Below the pieces are notes generated by a model. It did not search any database, was not told where the DNA came from, and was given only the letters and a program-made list of their open reading frames with translations. A stretch of 64,000 bases of DNA from Candidatus Margulisiibacteriota bacterium (lineage in GTDB: Bacteria > Margulisbacteria > Marinamargulisbacteria > UBA817). The translations under genes and the position numbers were made by a program. Of the stretch, positions 58,050-64,000 are shown in pieces (the first letter of the stretch is position 1; each line of letters starts with the position of its first letter). The stretch spans positions 1,402 through 65,401 of the forward strand of contig JADHOE010000002.1 in the NCBI GenBank assembly GCA_016779165.1, read 5' to 3'.

Positions 58050-59209
58050 TCCTTTACCTTTTCAGCCACCTTATATGGCACCTGTTTGTCGAGCACTTGC
58101 GGAAGAATATGGTCAACAGTGGGGGATTCCACTGACTCGGCAATGGCAAATGCCGCAGCCAATTTCATATCATGGGTAAACTGACTCGCTTTTGCATCAA
58201 TCGCACCCCTAAAAATTCCTGGAAAGGCCAACACATTGTTCACCTGGTTTGGAAAATCGCTACGTCCAGTGCCAACAATGAATGCCCCTGCAGCTTTGGC
58301 CTCGTCTGGCATAATTTCTGGAATTGGATTAGCCATCGCAAAAATAATGGGGTCTTTTTTCATTTGAGTGACCATTTCAGATGTAACAGCATTTGCAACA
58401 CTCACACCAATAAATATATCGGCATCAACCATGGCATCAACCAATTGGCCAGTGACATTGTTTCGATTGGTGCGTCTGGCCAACCGTAACTTTGCTGAAT
58501 TTTCACTTAAATCTGAACGACTTTCATGAAGGATTCCCTTAGAATCGCAAATAATAATTTCTTTCACAGAGCGCGTGGGCTCATTCGTATAGCTCATGTT
58601 GAGCAACATATCGGCAATTGCAGACCCTGCCGCACCTGCACCATTGATGACCACTTTCATTTGAGTCAAGTCTTTGTTTGCTAACTTGGTAGCATTTAAT
58701 ACTGCAGCCAATGTAACAATGGCCGTGCCATGCTGATCATCATGGAATACTGGAATGCCAATATCACTTAATAATGTTTCAATTTCAAAGCACCGTGGGG
58801 CTGCGATATCTTCTAAATTAATGCCACCAAACATGGGGGTAATATTCTTTACAATATTGACAATCTCGGCAGTGTTTTGAGACTCAATGCAAATTGGAAA
58901 CGCATCGATGCCCGCATACTCTTTAAAAAGAAGGGCCTTTCCCTCCATAACCGGGATGGATGCGGTAGCGCCAATGTTTCCCAAACCAAGTACAGCAGAG
59001 CCGTCAGTAACAATGGCAACTGTATTTTTTTTAATGGTTAATTCATACGCCAATGAAGGGTCTTTGGCGATGGCCTCACAAACGCCGGCAACCCCAGGCG
59101 TGTAAGCCAATGACAAGTCATGCTTTGATGTAATATTAAACTTGGGGTTAATATCCAATTTACCGCCGTTTTTTCGGTGAAATTCAATTGCTTCTTCATA
59201 AATTGTCAT
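58019..59209 (-). CDS. NAD(P)-dependent malic enzyme (short, no PTA-like domain)
   Basis: 396 aa. Carries [35 protein letters not shown] and INGAGAAG. Confidence 0.9.
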   Translation of the reverse strand: MTIYEEAIEFHRKNGGKLDINPKFNITSKHDLSLAYTPGVAGVCEAIAKDPSLAYELTIKKNTVAIVTDGSAVLGLGNIGATASIPVMEGKALLFKEYAGIDAFPICIESQNTAEIVNIVKNITPMFGGINLEDIAAPRCFEIETLLSDIGIPVFHDDQHGTAIVTLAAVLNATKLANKDLTQMKVVINGAGAAGSAIADMLLNMSYTNEPTRSVKEIIICDSKGILHESRSDLSENSAKLRLARRTNRNNVTGQLVDAMVDADIFIGVSVANAVTSEMVTQMKKDPIIFAMANPIPEIMPDEAKAAGAFIVGTGRSDFPNQVNNVLAFPGIFRGAIDAKASQFTHDMKLAAAFAIAESVESPTVDHILPQVLDKQVPYKVAEKVKDCYLKPSVVA

Positions 59210-59291
59210 AAAATTCTTCCTTATTTACTTTTTTCTTTTTTTATCAATAGTACCACGCTACAAATGATTATAAAACTCAATTTTAAACCAT

Positions 59292-59320
59292 TTGCCACCA
59301 TCATTGGCCCCGTTTATACT
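59292..59320 (+). promoter_or_regulatory. Candidate promoter giving a leaderless or near-leaderless nuclease mRNA
   Basis: TTGCCA (59292-59297), a 17-nt spacer, then TATACT (59315-59320). The ATG at 59328 lies 7 nt after the -10 element, with no SD between them. Confidence 0.4.
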
Positions 59321-59327
59321 CTATCAT

Positions 59328-59795
59328 ATGGTTGTTATCCTTATGATTTTAATGGGGAGTATTGGGTGGGGAACACCCACGACATTGGATGCCCATGTCG
59401 CGCGTGTGATTGATGGCGATACTATTCAAATAATATCACCAAAAAAAAAATTACAACATGTACGATTGTATGGCATTGATGCGCCAGAGTTGGGCCAAAA
59501 AAGCGGGGTTGCATCCAGTCGTTATTTAAGCAACAGAATCGAAAATAAACGGGTTCACATTGTATTGCATGGCACCGATTATTACGGCCGTTTGCTTGGT
59601 GAGATTTACGACAATAATGGTCAAAATATCAACAAAGAAATGGTTCAATTTGGCCTTGCATGGGTATATCGACGCGCTGTTCAAAATGCTCAATGGCTAA
59701 AACTAGAACGCACCGCCAAAAAAAAGCGTGTGGGGTTATGGCGACGCCACTTTCCCACTCCACCATGGCAATACCGCAAACAAACCACAACATGA
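59328..59795 (+). CDS. nuc: Secreted thermonuclease (SNase/micrococcal nuclease family)
   Basis: Carries ARVIDGDTIQI, VRLYGIDAPE, DYYGRLLGEIY and GLAWVYRR. The N-terminal hydrophobic segment is MVVILMILMGSIGWG. The ORF track TTG at 59292 coincides with the putative -35 element. Confidence 0.85.
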   Translation: MVVILMILMGSIGWGTPTTLDAHVARVIDGDTIQIISPKKKLQHVRLYGIDAPELGQKSGVASSRYLSNRIENKRVHIVLHGTDYYGRLLGEIYDNNGQNINKEMVQFGLAWVYRRAVQNAQWLKLERTAKKKRVGLWRRHFPTPPWQYRKQTTT

Positions 59796-59802
59796 CCAGG
59801 GG

Positions 59803-60861
59803 TTATTCCGGTTGGCTGTGACGGTTGTTTAAATAATCAAAAACATCACGTTCATTGTGATTTAGTTTTTTTTCGCGAATCAGCCGAACCAGATCACCTT
59901 GCACCTGGCCCAACGCCGGCCCTTGGAATCCCATTTGAATAAGTTCGGTTGATGTGACACACAAATCATTCACATTAAAATAAATGGCCGCCTCATCAAA
60001 CTGCCATGTTAATACATGTGCCATAAACCGAATATCTGCCTTTGAAAATTCAAGTTTCTTTGCAACTTCAGGGAGATTGGTGCCAGATAAAGCCCACGCC
60101 CACCGGAACAATCGGTCATTGGGCAATGGCATTGACGGGGCACTGGGGGCAGCATTAATAATGGGATCCCACCACCCCATTTTTTGCATAAACCCCAGGG
60201 CAGATTGCCAATATTGGCCCATCAGCAACCGGTCCATTTCATGGCGAATGCGTAGCATTGATGGCAACACCAATCGAGTCGATAACGTGGCTAGTGCATG
60301 GCAAATGCTCGGCGACACCACCAGCCCCAGTTGTGCCATGAATCGAAAACAACGAAAGGGGCGAAGCATGTCATCTGAAAATCGATCCAAGGGTTTTCCA
60401 ACACATACCAAACGCCGCGAACGAATGTGTTCAACGCCACCAAAATTATCGATAAATTGACCCGTGATTGGCGAATAGGCCAATGCATTCATGGTGAAGT
60501 CACGTCGTGTTAAGTCATCCATAATTGTTGACGAAAACACAACCGTTTCAGGGTGACGACCATTGGTGTAATCGGCGTCTTGGCGATAGGTGGTAATTTC
60601 AACGATGTGGCGCTCATGGCGAATGGTAATGGTGCCATATTTTTTTCCAGCATCTGAGACCACATGAAACCAGTTGGAAATATCGCTTGGTGTGGCATTG
60701 GTTGCCAGGTCAAATTCATTGGGGACCCGGCCAAAAAAGGCGTCGCGAATGGCACCACCCACAATAAATGCTTCAAAACCATGATGTTCAATTATTTTAA
60801 CGACCGATATAATAGCAGAAGGAATCATCATATTTTTCAAAATTGATTGGTCAAACATCAC
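59803..60861 (-). CDS. cca: Class II tRNA nucleotidyltransferase (CCA-adding family, short, no HD domain)
   Basis: 352 aa. Carries FIVGGAIRDAFFGRVPNEFDLATNATP, GTITI, EITTYRQD and RRDFTMNALA. Confidence 0.85.
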   Translation of the reverse strand: MMFDQSILKNMMIPSAIISVVKIIEHHGFEAFIVGGAIRDAFFGRVPNEFDLATNATPSDISNWFHVVSDAGKKYGTITIRHERHIVEITTYRQDADYTNGRHPETVVFSSTIMDDLTRRDFTMNALAYSPITGQFIDNFGGVEHIRSRRLVCVGKPLDRFSDDMLRPFRCFRFMAQLGLVVSPSICHALATLSTRLVLPSMLRIRHEMDRLLMGQYWQSALGFMQKMGWWDPIINAAPSAPSMPLPNDRLFRWAWALSGTNLPEVAKKLEFSKADIRFMAHVLTWQFDEAAIYFNVNDLCVTSTELIQMGFQGPALGQVQGDLVRLIREKKLNHNERDVFDYLNNRHSQPE

Positions 60862-60898
60862 TCACATTATACATCATCACAGAAGAAAGGACCGGGGA

Positions 60899-63034
60899 AT
60901 GAATTTAAACGAACAGCAATACGAGGCCGTCACCCATTATGGATCACCTCAAATTATTATTGCGGGTGCTGGCACAGGAAAAACAACAGTTATTATCGAA
61001 AAAATTAAGCACTTAATATCCACCAATAACCACCGACCAGAAGAAATACTCGCCCTAACATTTACAAACAAAGCAGCCAACGAAATGAAAACACGTTTTA
61101 GCAATACCAATCCAACCCCATCGGGTGGGTCCCCAATGTTTGGAACATTTCATTCGTTCTGCCTACGCCTTTTAAAACAGAGCCCCTATTTAACCGCCAT
61201 GGGAATCCCAACAACGTTTAGCATTATCGATGGCCAACAACAAAAAGATATCATTGGGGCATTGTCAAAAAAAATTCAGATGTCCATTGAACGAAAACCA
61301 AAGGATATATTGTCAAAGATATCTAAAGTAAAGCAACTTCCTGAGCACTTGCACCCAGAGGCACTGTCCATGGCACCCAGCGATATTCAATCAATGTTTC
61401 ACCCCTACAATGCTGCATTGCGAGAAAAAAACTGTGTTGATTTTGATGATTTATTGCTTTTGACACATCGCTTGCTGATTCAAAATCAGACCGCCTTGGA
61501 CGACCTTCAACAAAAATACACCTACGTGATTGTTGATGAGTATCAAGACACCAACCATATTCAAAATGAATTAACCTTGCTCCTGGCTGGGGGGCATGGC
61601 AATGTATGCGTGGTGGGGGATTTTGACCAAACCATTTACAGTTGGCGAGGCGCAAACGTTGAGAACTTGCTCAGCTTTAACAGCCATTTTCCCAATTGCA
61701 CGACTCAAAAACTAGAAATGAATTACAGGTCCACCAAAGAAATATTGGACTGCGCAAATCAAATCATTTCATTTAACACCAACCGTCAACCCAAACGACT
61801 GATTGCTCAGCGAACAGGCCATCAAATGCCCGAGCATATTGTGTGTTTCAATGAAGACGAAGAAGCCGCAACCATTGCAAAAAAAATAAAGCTAATGATG
61901 ACAGACTCCGACTACAAATGGGGTGATTTTGCAGTGTTATACCGAACAAACCAGCAATCACGAGCCATTGAAGAAGCATTCAATCGGATGCAAATTCCAT
62001 ACCAATTGTTGGGAGGCACATCGTTTTACCAACGGCTGGAGGTAAAGCATGCCATTGCGTATTTGCAATGCCTGCATGACACCAATCAGCCCATTTGGTT
62101 TGAGCGAGCCATGTTGTTTCCACCACGTGGGGTTGGGAAAACATCATTGCATCAATTGTTCGATTTTTGTTCTCAAAAAAATGCCAGTATCGAGGCTGCG
62201 ATTCAACACCCTGAGTGCCCCCTAAAGCCGCATATCCTTTCTCACGTTCAACAATTTATGGCCAAACTTAATGACCTTAGGGCATCGGAAACGCCCATCG
62301 AAAAAAAACTATCCGAACTCATGGCGTTTTTAAATTTTGACGACTACTTAACGCGCCAAGACCAAGCCAAGGATCGCATGGACAATATCAAAGAATTTTT
62401 AAGCCGATGCCAAGGTGCAACTGACCTTGGCGCTTTTTTGGATGAATTGGCATTATTCCAAGGCAATGATGCCGAATCAAACAATGAGTCAGTGCGGTGC
62501 CTAACCTTGCATTTATCGAAAGGGCTGGAGTTTCCCGTGGTGTTTATTCCTGGATTTGAAAACGATATTATGCCCCTTAAAAACTGCGAATCCATTGAAG
62601 AAGAGCGACGCTTGGCTTACGTTGGCATTACCCGGGGAAAACACCATGTATGCTTGCTATCCGCCTATAAGCGAACATTAATGGGAAACGATTGGTACCA
62701 TGACCCATCACCATTTACCAAGGAACTAAATACACGCATTGATGTAAAAATAACAGAGCATGCCCATTTAATGGGGAAAGCCATTATGTTCAAATTGGAA
62801 CAAGCGCAAATTAAAGTGACACAAATTAAATCACAAACCTCAATCATAGAAAAAGCCCCCCCCTCAACATTTTTTCAAGCAGGCGACATTGTGTTTCATC
62901 CCACCCTTGGAACTGGTACAATTGAATCAGCATCAGGAAGTGGAGACGCCTTAATGTATGACATTCATTTTTCAATTGGCAAAAAAAAGCTGATGGCCAA
63001 ATTTGCGCCGTTAAAAAAAACCAATCATGTTTGA
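60899..63034 (+). CDS. pcrA: ATP-dependent DNA helicase PcrA/UvrD family
   Basis: 711 aa. Starts LNEQQYEAVTHYGSPQIIIAGAGTGKTTV and carries VDEYQDTN, NYRST and LTLHLSKGLEFPVVFI. Has a C-terminal Tudor-like GDIVFHPTLGTGTI. Confidence 0.93.
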   Translation: MNLNEQQYEAVTHYGSPQIIIAGAGTGKTTVIIEKIKHLISTNNHRPEEILALTFTNKAANEMKTRFSNTNPTPSGGSPMFGTFHSFCLRLLKQSPYLTAMGIPTTFSIIDGQQQKDIIGALSKKIQMSIERKPKDILSKISKVKQLPEHLHPEALSMAPSDIQSMFHPYNAALREKNCVDFDDLLLLTHRLLIQNQTALDDLQQKYTYVIVDEYQDTNHIQNELTLLLAGGHGNVCVVGDFDQTIYSWRGANVENLLSFNSHFPNCTTQKLEMNYRSTKEILDCANQIISFNTNRQPKRLIAQRTGHQMPEHIVCFNEDEEAATIAKKIKLMMTDSDYKWGDFAVLYRTNQQSRAIEEAFNRMQIPYQLLGGTSFYQRLEVKHAIAYLQCLHDTNQPIWFERAMLFPPRGVGKTSLHQLFDFCSQKNASIEAAIQHPECPLKPHILSHVQQFMAKLNDLRASETPIEKKLSELMAFLNFDDYLTRQDQAKDRMDNIKEFLSRCQGATDLGAFLDELALFQGNDAESNNESVRCLTLHLSKGLEFPVVFIPGFENDIMPLKNCESIEEERRLAYVGITRGKHHVCLLSAYKRTLMGNDWYHDPSPFTKELNTRIDVKITEHAHLMGKAIMFKLEQAQIKVTQIKSQTSIIEKAPPSTFFQAGDIVFHPTLGTGTIESASGSGDALMYDIHFSIGKKKLMAKFAPLKKTNHV

Positions 63035-64000
63035 CGCATCTCGATTTGAATCTGATGTGATTCCCTCGCCATATTTAACCTATTTTTTTGGGTTAAGTGG
63101 TGTTGATGTGGGCACCATTGGTGACGCCACTGCCGCCAAGGTTCACGCCACATTTGATCAAATTACACAGGGGAAATTTACCAACCCAACGGAACAATGG
63201 CCAGTCACACACCATATGTGCCGCAATGAACATAAATCAGATACACTCAATCAAATTGTCAGTTGCGCTAACTTGATTAAATCGCGAAATATTACCACCA
63301 TTTGCCACATTGGAATTGGCGGATCGGTATCCGGCACAAAATGGGTAAGCCATGCGTTAAGCACCTGGGGATTTGGTGGCAATCACCCCCCGATTGTTTA
63401 TATTTCAAACCATGATGAAGACCATATTAATGCCGCACTCAAGGGGATTGACATTGAAAAAACACTGTTTATTGTGGTGTCAAAATCAGGTAAAACCGTA
63501 GAAATCCATGCCATTTTGGATGTCATTTCGTCGAAACAAAGCAACCCAAATTTTTATTCTGATCAATGCATTGCTATTACCACAAAAAATAGCCCCTTGG
63601 ATCGTCCTGACGTTATGAAAACAATCACGTTTGACACTGGCATTGGGGGCCGTTTTTCCACCACATCCGTGGCATCTTTGCTTACCATTGGGTTGGGGTT
63701 TGGGTACGATGTTGCTGATGCATTTTTAACGGGGGCGCATTTGGCTGACATGGCAGCCAAAAACCACTGGAAAACGAATATTGCACTCACCCAAGCCACC
63801 GTGCGATACCACCAACAACTCGCCTACCCTGGGCTGGCGTTTGTGGCGTATGGACACGCTCTGAACAACATGCCTGGCTACATGAAACAGCTCATTTGTG
63901 AAAGCCTAGGAAAAGGAGCACTGTTGGATGGTCAATGGTCTTCCAGCAACCATGCACCATTGTTTATGGAAGGGGTTGGGCCAGATGCACAACATTCATT
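63027..64000 (+). CDS. pgi: Glucose-6-phosphate isomerase, N-terminal ~324 codons (runs off window end)
   Basis: Not in the ORF track because no stop lies within the window. My translation from the ATG at 63027 is open to 64000. It reads MFDASRFESD...CHIGIGGSVSG...FIVVSKSGKTVE...GIGGRFSTTS...ICESLGKG...GPDAQHS, all PGI motifs. It overlaps the pcrA stop by 8 nt. Confidence 0.88.
   Translation, partial: MFDASRFESDVIPSPYLTYFFGLSGVDVGTIGDATAAKVHATFDQITQGKFTNPTEQWPVTHHMCRNEHKSDTLNQIVSCANLIKSRNITTICHIGIGGSVSGTKWVSHALSTWGFGGNHPPIVYISNHDEDHINAALKGIDIEKTLFIVVSKSGKTVEIHAILDVISSKQSNPNFYSDQCIAITTKNSPLDRPDVMKTITFDTGIGGRFSTTSVASLLTIGLGFGYDVADAFLTGAHLADMAAKNHWKTNIALTQATVRYHQQLAYPGLAFVAYGHALNNMPGYMKQLICESLGKGALLDGQWSSSNHAPLFMEGVGPDAQHS

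Overview
This is a chromosomal, very gene-dense segment of an unidentified, moderately AT-rich bacterium. By my gene calls only about 1.2 kb of the 64 kb is intergenic. I found no rRNA, CRISPR array, IS element, integrase, or phage or plasmid genes.

Layout:
- 1-16.5 kb, minus strand: the classic cluster tRNA-Trp, secE, nusG, rplKAJL, rpoBC, rpsLG, fusA, tuf, rpsJ, rplCDW.
- 16.6-21.9 kb, plus strand: rplU, rpmA, obg, proB, coaD, a small coiled-coil ORF, rph, a YkgJ-like Cys-cluster protein and a JAB/MPN peptidase.
- 21.9-32.2 kb, minus strand: a 10-gene train with no gap above 9 nt. It runs leuC, leuD, eno, ftsB/divIC-like, an S1-domain protein, a secreted repeat protein, a PASTA-domain pseudokinase, ribD, recG, rsmD.
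- 32.3-34.5 kb: two orphan genes.
- 34.6-38.0 kb: hisH and uvrA.
- 38.0-40.8 kb, minus strand: lepB, a ThiS-like gene, an unknown gene, an OM barrel and a lipoprotein.
- 40.8-51.6 kb, plus strand: dapF, then an envelope block. The block holds a LolA-like, DUF1302-like and MMPL/RND triad, csaB, a tagA/wecG-type gene and a 1238-aa adhesin with a T9SS/FlgD-Ig-like C-terminal domain.
- 51.6-64 kb: dnaB, lptD, fumC, an S41 tail-specific protease, malic enzyme, an SNase nuclease, a cca-type nucleotidyltransferase, pcrA/uvrD and the 5' part of pgi.

LptD and OMP-type C-termini indicate a diderm envelope. PASTA, CsaB, the divIC-S1 synteny and a very short RpoB give a Terrabacteria-like flavour, but I cannot place the lineage without a search.

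I do not see a clear-cut new multi-gene system. The best candidates for follow-up are:
1. An orphan ThiS-type beta-grasp protein with a GGG-QNH tail, coupled to lepB, plus a distant intact JAMM peptidase.
2. A catalytically dead PASTA kinase in a diderm.
3. The coupled LolA-like/DUF1302-like/MMPL triad next to csaB-tagA and the giant adhesin.
4. The two-gene orphan insertion between leuC and hisH.

All family assignments come from motif recognition by eye. No database search was run.
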